Shown here: positions 32,355 to 41,555 of the stretch, piece after piece | How the letters are laid out: the number at the start of each line of letters is the position of its first letter | How positions within the stretch are numbered: the first letter of the stretch is position 1 | Source of the DNA: Pelagomonas calceolata | Taxonomy: Eukaryota | Direction of reading: 5' to 3' | DNA: 64,000 bases | Assembly: GCA_918797485.1 (NCBI GenBank) | Contig: CAKKNE010000002.1 | Location: forward strand, 248,001 to 312,000 | Notes under the pieces: generated by a model | The model's database searches: none | What the model was told of the DNA's origin: nothing | The model's input: the letters and a program-made list of their open reading frames with translations, nothing else | Position numbers and translations under genes: made by a program

Positions 32355-35228
32355 CTACTGAGCGGTGCCCATCGCCGCGGCCAGGGCCTCCGCGAGCGCC
32401 CCGGCGCCGACGCGTGGCGCGTCCATCGGCAAAGACAGGTGTATATCTCCGTCGCGAGATAGCTCTGGAATGTGGGCTTCGGGCGTGCCCGGCGGCTGGA
32501 CAGCGCCCGAGAAACCCCAGCCCAAGGAAACCTTGCTGTCGAGTGCGGTCCCCGATTCTCGCGAAAGAATGGCCAGACAGCAGCGCGAGCGCGGCGGAAT
32601 TACGTCCTGGGACAGAAGCGAGGTCCCTCGCGACGAGACGAAGCCGCGAGTCTTCTCGGTCGCGTCCAGTCCGATCAATACCGGATTTGGACCATGGTTG
32701 ACAGCGACGAAGGCAATGCCCGCTTCGTCCTCGATAGTCAAAATCTCGACGATGGGCCGTTTGAGCGAATCCTCGAGGAGCGGCGCGCGCTTGCCCGAGT
32801 CCTCCGCAATCTGCGCGAGCGCCGCCGCCACGACGGAGGGCTCGCAGCTCACGACGCCGACCTCGCAGACCAAGTCGCTGTGGACGACGGCTCGGAACCG
32901 CCGCGGCTCGACGGAATGTCGGTGCCCGAAGCACAGAGGCACGACTAGGTAGCGCGTAGTAGGGTCGTCGTCGTGCTCGAGGGTCAGGTGGCACGCCGCG
33001 CCGGCGCGGTGCGCGACGCGCGGCGCGGCCGCGACGAGCCGGTGCGTCCGCGGGTCGTCGCCGGCGACGGCGCGGTCGCTGCGCGAGGCGCACTTGACGA
33101 CGACGCAGCCGAGGTCCAGCGCCGTCGCCGCGCCGGCCTCGCCCTGGCGCACGGCGTGCGGCTCCTGGTAGAGGGCGACGTCGAGCCGCGTCCGCGCGTA
33201 GGCCTCGACCGCGACGCACTCCCCGCCGTTGAACGCGCTCCCGAGCCAGCCCCCGACGCGCGCGTCGACGCGGTCCCGCAGCACGCGGCACACCGTCAGC
33301 TCGACGAAGTACGCCAGGAAGTCGTCGACCGCCATCCAGAAGACGCCCGGGTCCTCGCGGTCGAGCCCCAGCGCCTTGCGCGCCGCGAAGGTCATGCGCT
33401 CCGCGTCCTCGCGCGACCACTTGCCCTTCCAGAGGGCCACGCCGTTCGGGTTCCGCAGCTTGAAGAGGTGCTCGCCGTCGTAGACGCGGCACTCGAGCAG
33501 GCCGTACGCGTGCCGCGTCTGCAGCCCCTTGGCCTTCATCTCCTGGCCGAACGGCGTCGCCGGGTCCGTGAACGTCGAGGCGCCGACGGCGAAGCCGCTC
33601 TCGAAGAAGCTGAAGACGCGCGCGAAGCACTCGACCTCGGCCTCGTCGGCGCCGCCGGGGAACCGCTTGTCGAAGGCCTCGCGGAAGACCGCCCCGTCGT
33701 CGCCTGCGGCGGCGGCGCCGCGCGCGCGCGCGGCCGCGGCCCAGGCGCCGCCGTCGCGCGTGTAGCCGTGGAGCCGCTCCTGGTCGACGGGGAAGCCCGT
33801 CAGCGTGTGGAAGGCCTCGGCGAAGGTGCCGCCCGCCAGCGCCTCGTACGAGCCGTGGAGCTTGGCCGCGGCCTTCTCGAGGAGCGGCGCCCAGAGCGCC
33901 CGCCGCGCCGCCTTGACCTGCGTCGAAACCAAGCGGTTGGGTCGGGGCGCCGCGGCGACGTCCGCGCGGGCGGGGACGTAGGCGAGCATCTCGAGGGCGT
34001 TGCACGGCAGCAGGTCGTCCACGAGCAGCGTGCGCCACTCGCCCGCGAGGCAGAGCCGCAGCTTGTAGGCGCCCGCGGGGTTGTACGCGCGCGTGACGAC
34101 GCAGTTCTTGAGCGTCTCCGGCGCCGCCTCGGCCAGGATGGACAGCGCGCAGACGTACCAGCAGTTGCCGACGCCGCCCTGGCGGATGTCGTCCGCGCGC
34201 GGCTCGCCCCGGAAGACCTCCCACGGCACGTCGCTCGTGAGGCCCGTGACGTCGTCGCGCAGGTCGCCCGGCCGCAGCCAGGCCGACGGCCGCATGGCCA
34301 CCTCGAGGACGGGGTGCTCCCGGCCGCAGGCCGCGCACCGCACCAGGGGGAGGTCGCCCCGCCGCTGCCGCTGCATGAGCGCGAGGACGGCCTCGCGGCC
34401 GTTCGCGTCGGGCGGCACGGCGTTCCGCGCGCCGCACTGCGCGCAGCGCCACGAGTCGCCGTCGTTGCCGCCGCCCGCATAGAGGCTCGCCTCCGCGGGC
34501 GGGAAGCCCGGGTCGACGAACTGGATGCCCTCCTCGCGGTAGAGGACGTTCAGGACCCCCATGGTCTCCTCCGCGACCTTCTCGCCCTCCTCCAGGCGCT
34601 TGAACGACGTCGCGCCCGCCGGCGCCGGCGCCGGCGCCGCGGCGGCCGGCGCGGGCGCCGGCGCGGCCGGGGGCGCGGCGCGCTCGGCCGTCGCCCGCCG
34701 CAGCGCCGCGGCGGCGGCGTCGTTCGGCGTCGTGCCGCCCGCCGCCATCAGCTCCGCGAAGATCTCGCCCACGCGCTTCTGGAAGCGCGCCTTCGCGTCC
34801 GGCGCGGGCGCCTCCGGCACCGGCGGCGGCGGCGGCGCGGCCGCCGGCGGCGCCGCCGCCTCGCGCGACATGGCGAGGGCGCGGGCCAGGTCGTCGTCGT
34901 CGTCGTCCGTCTCCATCGGCGCCGGGCCCCGCGCCCGCTCCACCTCGCCGTCCGACATGGCCAGGCGCGCGTCGACGAGGCGCAGCGCGGCGTCGACGCC
35001 GTCGGCGCCCTCGCGCGCGCAGAGGTCGCCGTCCGCGGCGAAGCCGAGCGCGCCGAGGAGGGCGCCCGCGTCGCCGAAGCGTTCGCGAAAGAGGCGCGAG
35101 GACGTCTTCAGCCTACGATACTTAATTTCGTCGGGGTTCGTTGCTATCTTGGTCAGGAGCTTGTGGACGTGGGTCACTGTGGACGTGGGCGCCTTCAGCA
35201 ACTCTTGCTCTATATTGCCTTCGTCCAT
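32355..35228 (-). CDS. Calpain (SOL/calpain-15-like) with PUB domain, UIM and Zn finger, 2 exons
   Basis: PUB: LLTKIATNPDEIKYRRLK..LGALGF; UIM: DDDLARALAMS; WRCAQC..CAAC; catalytic QGGVGNCW, RHAYGLL, LRNPNG. Confidence 0.9.
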   Translation of the reverse strand: MDEGNIEQELLKAPTSTVTHVHKLLTKIATNPDEIKYRRLKTSSRLFRERFGDAGALLGALGFAADGDLCAREGADGVDAALRLVDARLAMSDGEVERARGPAPMETDDDDDDLARALAMSREAAAPPAAAPPPPPVPEAPAPDAKARFQKRVGEIFAELMAAGGTTPNDAAAAALRRATAERAAPPAAPAPAPAAAAPAPAPAGATSFKRLEEGEKVAEETMGVLNVLYREEGIQFVDPGFPPAEASLYAGGGNDGDSWRCAQCGARNAVPPDANGREAVLALMQRQRRGDLPLVRCAACGREHPVLEVAMRPSAWLRPGDLRDDVTGLTSDVPWEVFRGEPRADDIRQGGVGNCWYVCALSILAEAAPETLKNCVVTRAYNPAGAYKLRLCLAGEWRTLLVDDLLPCNALEMLAYVPARADVAAAPRPNRLVSTQVKAARRALWAPLLEKAAAKLHGSYEALAGGTFAEAFHTLTGFPVDQERLHGYTRDGGAWAAAARARGAAAAGDDGAVFREAFDKRFPGGADEAEVECFARVFSFFESGFAVGASTFTDPATPFGQEMKAKGLQTRHAYGLLECRVYDGEHLFKLRNPNGVALWKGKWSREDAERMTFAARKALGLDREDPGVFWMAVDDFLAYFVELTVCRVLRDRVDARVGGWLGSAFNGGECVAVEAYARTRLDVALYQEPHAVRQGEAGAATALDLGCVVVKCASRSDRAVAGDDPRTHRLVAAAPRVAHRAGAACHLTLEHDDDPTTRYLVVPLCFGHRHSVEPRRFRAVVHSDLVCEVGVVSCEPSVVAAALAQIAEDSGKRAPLLEDSLKRPIVEILTIEDEAGIAFVAVNHGPNPVLIGLDATEKTRGFVSSRGTSLLSQDVIPPRSRCCLAILSRESGTALDSKVSLGWGFSGAVQPPGTPEAHIPELSRDGDIHLSLPMDAPRVGAGALAEALAAAMGTAQ
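33918..33977 (-). mobile_element. Decayed introner intron (60 nt, in frame and stop-free)
   Basis: 3' end TTGGTTTCGACGCAG; 5' CCGCGCGGAC after 8-nt GTCCCCGC (vs exonic GTCAAGGC); removal gives LAY-VKAARRALW. Confidence 0.75.
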
Positions 35229-35337
35229 AGTCGGGTCAGTCGCGTCAGTTGCGGTCTAGCTCTAAGCAAATCAATGCAAGTACGCGCTTTTTTATCGCAG
35301 CGCTGTCCAAAACGGGCTGTTCCGCAAAGTCTGGTGA

Positions 35338-35359
35338 CTAGCGGTTTGTAAGACACTAG
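35338..35359. promoter_or_regulatory. CTAG-bounded upstream motif, copy 4
   Basis: Reverse complement CTAGTGTCTTACAAACCGCTAG, 110-131 nt upstream of the calpain ATG. Confidence 0.6.
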
Positions 35360-35661
35360 GAGTACTGGAGGTACTAGTGCGTAACTAGCCTGAGCCTGAC
35401 TAGTAATTATTATGGGCCGGGGAGGGGGAACGCTGGGGGGGAAGGCGCGTTAACCCCCCCATGTTGAATTGAATTGAAATTCGCTTACTTTTGACTATCG
35501 TTCGTTGGGTGATGATAGAGGGTAATGCTCCACGGAAATCGATGCGGTTGGCTGCGCAATGACTAGAAGATTAAAGGGAAGATCACACGACACACCCGAG
35601 CGAGCAGCACAATCCACACGTCGACGTCCAGGTACTTACGAGCCCCCGAACACAACTACTA

Positions 35662-36840
35662 CTACCGCGCCACGCACTCGAGCAGCGCGCGCGCGCCGAG
35701 GACGTCGCCCAGGAGCGACGTCCGGTCGTCGAGCACGACGCGGTCGCCCGCGGCCTTGCGCACGACGAACGCCTCCAGGTCGACGCCGCGCACGTCGCAC
35801 CAGTCGAGGACCTCGCCGGCCGGCGCGTCGGTGGCGAACTTGCGCGTCGCGGTCGAGCCGTCGGGGCAGCGCAGCTTCACCAGGACGCCGGGCCCGTCGG
35901 GCTCGGGCGCCAGCGCCTTTTCGAGCGCCGCCCGTCGCGTCAGGTCCGCGGCCGCGCGGCGCTCGGCGGCGAGCGCCGCCTCGGCCTCGGCCGCGGCGGC
36001 GGCCGCCGCCGCGGCGCGTGCTGCCGCCGCCTCCGTCGCGGACTTCCGGTCGCTGCTCTTGGCCTCTGCGAGCTCGCGCTTCTGCTCCGACGCGAGCCGG
36101 TGCTCCGCGGCCGCCCGCTCGAGCGCGGCGAGGTCGTCCGCCGCCGTCTCGCGCGCGCGCGCGAGCCAGCTCTCGCCGACGCCCGTGCCGCGGTAGACGG
36201 CCACGTAGCGCAGCTGGCCGGCGCCCGCCGGCACCGCGAGCGCGCAGAACGGCGCGTTCTTCGGCAGCGCCGCGGGCATCGCCGCCGACGCGAGCCTCGC
36301 GGCGCGCGCGTAGGTCTGCGCCGTGCGCGTCGCGTCGAGCAGGACGGCGTCGCTGCCCAGCGCCTTGACCGCCGCGGCGAGCTCCTCCGCGGCCGCCGAC
36401 GCCGGCGGCGCCGCGACGACGAGCACCGGCCGGCCGGTCGCGAGCGCCCGCCGGGCCGCGCGCGCCGCCGTCGCGAGCGCGCCGGGGCAGGCCGCCTCGA
36501 CCGCCGACGGCGCGTCGGCGCTCGCGCTCGTGCCGCTCTTGCCGCTCTTGCCGCTCGAACCGCCGCCGCCGAAGAGCGAGGCCAAGGCCCGTCGGAGGGC
36601 TCGCGCCGCCGAGGCGAGCGCCTTGAGCGGGTCGAAGTGCACGTCCAGATACACCTCGCCGTCCCTGTCCTCCTCCGGCGCCTCGACGACGTCGCGCGGC
36701 GCCGCCTCGACCACCGCGGCCTCGTCGCCGTCGTCGTTGGCGCCTCCCCGCGGCACGAGGCGCAGCGGCAGCGGTCTCGTGCAGCTCGCAGCGGCTGTGA
36801 TTGCTAAAAGCAGCGCTTGAGCTGCGACTGCACGCCGCAT
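35662..36840 (-). CDS. UBX-domain protein (FAF-like coiled coil + UBX) with signal-peptide-like N-terminus
   Basis: LAPEPDGPGVLVKLRCPDGSTATRKF..VLDWC C-terminal UBX-like domain; EQKRELAEAKSSDR coiled coil. Confidence 0.75.
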   Translation of the reverse strand: MRRAVAAQALLLAITAAASCTRPLPLRLVPRGGANDDGDEAAVVEAAPRDVVEAPEEDRDGEVYLDVHFDPLKALASAARALRRALASLFGGGGSSGKSGKSGTSASADAPSAVEAACPGALATAARAARRALATGRPVLVVAAPPASAAAEELAAAVKALGSDAVLLDATRTAQTYARAARLASAAMPAALPKNAPFCALAVPAGAGQLRYVAVYRGTGVGESWLARARETAADDLAALERAAAEHRLASEQKRELAEAKSSDRKSATEAAAARAAAAAAAAAEAEAALAAERRAAADLTRRAALEKALAPEPDGPGVLVKLRCPDGSTATRKFATDAPAGEVLDWCDVRGVDLEAFVVRKAAGDRVVLDDRTSLLGDVLGARALLECVAR

Positions 36841-37232
36841 GGCCGCAGCACTCGCGAGACAGCAGCACTGCAGCGCTACCACAGCAGTCGGTACGAAAGA
36901 CGATTTTTGCAACTCCTGCGCTACCAACGCGTACGTTTGTAGTTTTTTGGGCTTCAAGGCTAACTCTAGTGCCTCTATACGACTCTAGCTGCGGCGCCAG
37001 CGCTGGGAGCGAGTTGCGGGCTCGCTCGCGCATAAAAACCCCACACGGGCTTCGCTGATACCTTCACCAAGCCACCGCGGCCGCTGCTTGCGCGCTTGCG
37101 CCGTTCCACAGCTCTCCTGCGAGCCGGCGCCGCCGCGGGGCGCTGCTAGCGCGACCTAAATTATTAGCGGCACCGGCCAACGTCGTGGCGGACTTTGCGA
37201 CGGGTAGAGCGTAAAAGAAACGGCTGCGAAAC

Positions 37233-37775
37233 ATGGTCCGCGTCGCAAATGAATACCTGGCGTGCGCCTGCCGCGTGCAGCAGGACAACCCCAAGAAGAA
37301 CATGAGCGCCGACCGCTACGAGCGCTACAAGGCGGCGAGGACGCTCCAGCAGGTGCTGGATCTGGGGGGTTCGCGGGGCGACATCGCCAACGACATGCTG
37401 CGGGGTTACATCGTGGTCGAGGACCGCGAGATCCACGAGGCGATCCTCATGACGGCGAACGAGAGCGAGCGCCGCCACCTGCCCGCGCACCTCCTGGGCC
37501 GCCTGCCGCCGGCGGGCTCGGGCTCGGACCCGCGCTCGCGGCCCCGCGCGCCGCGCCCGCCGCCGCCGCCGCGGTCGCGCGCGCCGCCGCCGCCGCCTTT
37601 GCCGCGCAAGCTGGCGCCGCCGCCGCGCGACCTCTACGACCGCAAGCGCCCGCGCGACGCGACCGACAAGTCGTCGATGCGCAAGCGCGCCGTCGAGTGC
37701 GTCAAGCGCCGCGCCAAGATCTTCGGTCGCAGCGTCGGCAAGGGCCGGCTCCTGCCTGTGTTCGATGACACGTAG
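37233..37775 (+). CDS. Hypothetical protein with QxNPK..RYExYK domain and proline-rich tail
   Basis: 180-aa ORF with GC3 bias; QQDNPKKNMSADRYERYKAARTLQQVLDLGGSRGDIANDMLRGYI. Confidence 0.65.
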   Translation: MVRVANEYLACACRVQQDNPKKNMSADRYERYKAARTLQQVLDLGGSRGDIANDMLRGYIVVEDREIHEAILMTANESERRHLPAHLLGRLPPAGSGSDPRSRPRAPRPPPPPRSRAPPPPPLPRKLAPPPRDLYDRKRPRDATDKSSMRKRAVECVKRRAKIFGRSVGKGRLLPVFDDT

Positions 37776-37947
37776 TAGGAGCATGTGGGCACTAAACGTA
37801 TTCCAAGTAACCTTGCCAGTAGTGGGCGTTTGCTTGAGCTGGGCCACATATAGAGGCCAGCCACGAGGCCGACGCGCATGACCCAAGATTGGTTTATGCT
37901 CCCGGGCCCTCGCCGCCGTCGCCTCCGAGCTAAATAGATAAACTTTG

Positions 37948-38241
37948 AATAAATAAATTAAGGAAGACCTAAAAAAGGAACAAGCTCCTAAGAGCCTTCT
38001 CCCTGCTCGGTCAGGATGCCCAACCGGAGCTTCGAAATAGCAATAAGATATCTGTATACCGTATTCTAAGTCTCTAACACTCGGGGCGACCGTCACGGCC
38101 CCGGCGACGGCGTATGAGGGCCGGGGGCGGGGCGGGCGTGCGGTCACGCAGACCCCGCGCCGGGCGGGTGCCTAGGCGCCCCGGGTGGCTAGGCGGCCGA
38201 GCTCTAAGCAAAGCACTTATGTCCGGACGACCATAATCGAG
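37948..38241. repeat. Dispersed non-coding repeat, copy B
   Basis: Reverse-complement homology to 13285-13461 with the blocks in a different order. Confidence 0.85.
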
Positions 38242-38268
38242 ATAGTTCCTAATTAACAGGCGCCAAGG

Positions 38269-39899
38269 TCACCACCGCATCGACGCCGCGCGATCATCCG
38301 CGAGGGCGGGCCGTCCCACTTCGAGGCCCAGCTGCTGAGTGGCCAGCTTCGGGCGCGGCGGCGGTTGGCGCGCGCCGGCCGATGCCGGCCTTGGGACGCG
38401 CTCGGCCCCGCGAGAGTGTGAAGAAGAGGACGCGGAACGGCCTTCGCCGTCCGAGAACAGGCTCAAATAATCAAAAGACCACGAGGCGCTCTCGTCGACG
38501 GTGCGGAACCGGTCCGCGGGCGTCGGCGCCGCCGGTTTCGCGGCCCTGTCGCGGCGGAAGGCGATCGCCGCGTCGGTCTTGGCGGTGCCGCGGTAGTGCG
38601 GCCGCGGCGGCCGCTTCGGGGGCGGCGCGCCCTCGTTGTCGGCGAGCGCGGCTGCCGCAGCGCGTCGCCGCGCCGACCCCGGCCGCCGGGTGGCGTGATC
38701 CGGCCGCCGCGAGGCGTGCTCCGGCGCGGCCGGGCCCGCGCGCGGCTTGCGCGGCGAGAGCTGGACGGCGGCCTTGACGACCGACACGGCGGACCGGAGG
38801 AGCGACTTCTTCGGAGACGCCGCCGCAGGTCTCGGCTCGCGCGGCGGCGGCACGAGCGCCCTCGGCGGCCCGAGGGGGCAGTGCTCGTAGAGCTTGCGCA
38901 CGGGCAGCTGCGCGGCGCGCGCGAGGAGGCAGTCCGAGAAGCGGAGGCACTCGAAGAGCGGCAGGTACGCGTCGCTCTTCTCCTTGGCGGCCTGCGCGGC
39001 CTGCGCAGCGCGCGCGTTCGTCCAGCCAGCGTCGGCGTCGGCCGCATCGTAGCCTGCGTGGAAATCAACCAGTGAGTCGGTTACGACGCTGCCGTGCTGG
39101 CTCCGTCGAGCGGTGAGGAACCGGCACCGCCACGCTATCGAGCAGGCGTCGCGTCGATGACGTGGAGGTCGACGCCGGCGGTTCAGGACGAACGCGTCGC
39201 GAATTTTGATTTCCACACAGGTCGTAACGGAACGGCGGCGGCGGCCACGCGCGCGAAAAGCCGCCGCTCCGCGCGCGCCGGAGCTCGTCCTCGGCGTGGC
39301 AGACGACGTCCCAGTCGTCCGGGCCGAGCCGCTCGAGCGCGACGTCCTCGGGCCGGCCCGAGCGGCGCCAGGCGTCCTGCTGCGCGCCCGCGCCGCCGGC
39401 CGGCCGCGCCGGGCCGCCGGCGCGCGACCGGTCGAGGCGGTCGCGGCGCGCGGCGCGCGCCTCCTTGCGCGCGGCCTTGGTCGAGAAGGGCCGGAAGCCC
39501 GTCGTGTGGAAGACGTCGGCCACGAGGCGGCCCTTGATGCGCCGGTCGAGCACCGAGTTGCCCATGAGCGACGGCGAGATGTTGACCTCGATGAGCCAGG
39601 GCCGCAGGTCCGCGTCGAGCAGCACGTCGAAGCCGAAGAGCTCGTAGCACGGCCGCCGCGGCGCCGGCGGCGCGCCGGCCGGCCGCGCGGCCCGGCACGC
39701 CTGGACGTTGTGCGGCGTCAGCTCGGCCTCGGCGGCGATGAGCGTCTTGACGACGAGGTCGTGGCAGCGCGCGCGCACCGCCGCCGCGTCGTGGCCGTGC
39801 GCGTCGAGCCAGCGCCACAGCGCCTGCAGCGGCCACTTGAAGGCGTCCTCGGGGTCGGCGCCGCCGGCCGTCGGGTCCGCGGGGCCCGCGGCGGCCTCC

Positions 39900-39935
<36 letters not shown>

Positions 39936-41107
39936 CCGCCGTCGTCGTCGGCGTCGGCGGCCTCGGCGCCGTCGCCGTCGGCCTCGACGTAGCGCTTCGA
40001 CTTCTTGTTCACCGAGTAGTTCGTCAGGTGCACGTAGCGGCAGCGCAGGTTGCGCATCGTGTACGCGTGCGTCGAGAAGCGCACGAGGCCGTCCTCGTGC
40101 ACGTAGACGACGAGCGGGTCGACGGACGTGACCAGGGCGTAGAGCCGCAGGTCGAACTTGCGGCCGTTCACGCCGAGGAAGGGCGCGTCGACGTAGCGCT
40201 GCACGACGTATTTCTTCTCCTTCGGGAGCGTGCCCGCCGTCAGCTCGCGCGACGTGGCGAGCCGGATGCCCCGGCCGCACGAGCTCGCCGGCGGCTTGAC
40301 GATCCACACGGCGTGCTTGTCCAGCTTCGCCTTGCCCTCGAGCGCCCGGGCCTCGCCCGGCAGGATGTAGCCCTCGGGCATGAAGGCGTAGGCCTTGGCC
40401 GCGGTGCCGCCGCGGCTGCGCGCGCGGCCCAGGCAGCGCAGCAGCCGGTCCTTCCGCCCGATGCACCACGACCCCGGGAAGTGGTTCACGCGCTGGTGCC
40501 GCCGCTGCGTCGCGTAGACCTCGGCCCCGGGGTGCTTGGTCCACGACGCGCACCACGGCAGCTTCGTCACGTGGGCGTCGAGGGCCTTCTTGCCCTTCTT
40601 CTTGCCGCCGGCCGCCCCGGTCGGGGCCAGGCCGAGGAGGCCGCCCACGAAGTCCGCGAGCCCCGAGCCGGATCCGTCCGGCGACGCCTCGCCCCGGACG
40701 CCCTTGAGGGCCCGCAGCTCGGTGCCGTCCTTGACGCGGCGGAAGCCCGCGAGGCTGAAGGCGTTCTTGATGCAGTTCCGCTCCCACGTGCACCGGTAGG
40801 CCAGCCGCCGCGTCCCGAGGTCCGCCGCGACGGGGAGCGGGCCCGACCGCTCGAGGTTCACGTCCTTCTGCGGGTAGGGGAAGTAGACCGTCGCCTCGCG
40901 CGCGTCGGGCCACAGCGACGGGCACATGCGGACGACGCGGCTCGCCGGCTGCGCCGGCGCCTCGACGACCGTGATGTCGACGACGCGCCGCGCCGACGCG
41001 TCGTCCTCGTCCTCGTCCTCGGCCGCCGGGAGGTCATCGATGTCCGAGTCCTCCGAGGGGCCCACCACCGCAGCCCGCGAGCTCAGTGCGCTGATTGCGG
41101 CGCGCAT
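38269..41107 (-). CDS. Tubulin-tyrosine-ligase-like polyglutamylase (TTLL4/5-like), 2 exons
   Basis: VNHFPGSWCIGRKDRL, WIVKPPASSCGRGI, RKFDLRLY, GLVRFST, HLTNYSVNK, YELFGFDVLLD..PWLIEVNISPSL. Confidence 0.93.
39054..39228 (-). mobile_element. Introner intron (175 nt)
   Basis: Element 39054-39220 with TIR CTGCGTGGAAATCAA / TTGATTTCCACACAG; TSD GTTACGAC/GCTACGAT; spliced PFR-YDAA. Confidence 0.94.
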
Positions 41108-41286
41108 CCCTTTATCAAGGTTGGATGTGTCTGTCTCCGGGCGCCGGGGCAGCCCGCCGCGCCGCGGCTGCTTTCCTCGGCTCCTCGGGCGACTACCTCG
41201 ACCACTTCCAGTCCGTGCAGTCCCGCTCGATGATCAGTTGGATGGAACCAAACCAAAACCCGAACATCCGGTGATCTGATCGATAT

Positions 41287-41344
41287 CTTGATCGATCAAG
41301 GAGCTCTAATTCTAGTTGTACTGAGCTCTAATTCTAGTTGTACT
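41287..41344. repeat. 14-bp palindrome followed by a 22-bp tandem duplication
   Basis: CTTGATCGATCAAG then (GAGCTCTAATTCTAGTTGTACT)x2. Confidence 0.85.
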
Positions 41345-41555
41345 TAGTACCTCTTGATCTGATCTTGCAAAACAGAAGAAGGAAGTATCACGTAGAGGTG
41401 CTTGGGCGCGCGTCACGAGCTAAGTGCGTTTGATGACCTTTTTGTGGGCCAATGGTATCATTGGCATCAAGCCAGAAGGTCCCGAGCCAGGAGGTGTCAA
41501 GGTGAGCCATAAAATGATTAACAAGCCGGCAGTCGTCGGGGTTGGGACTCATGAA

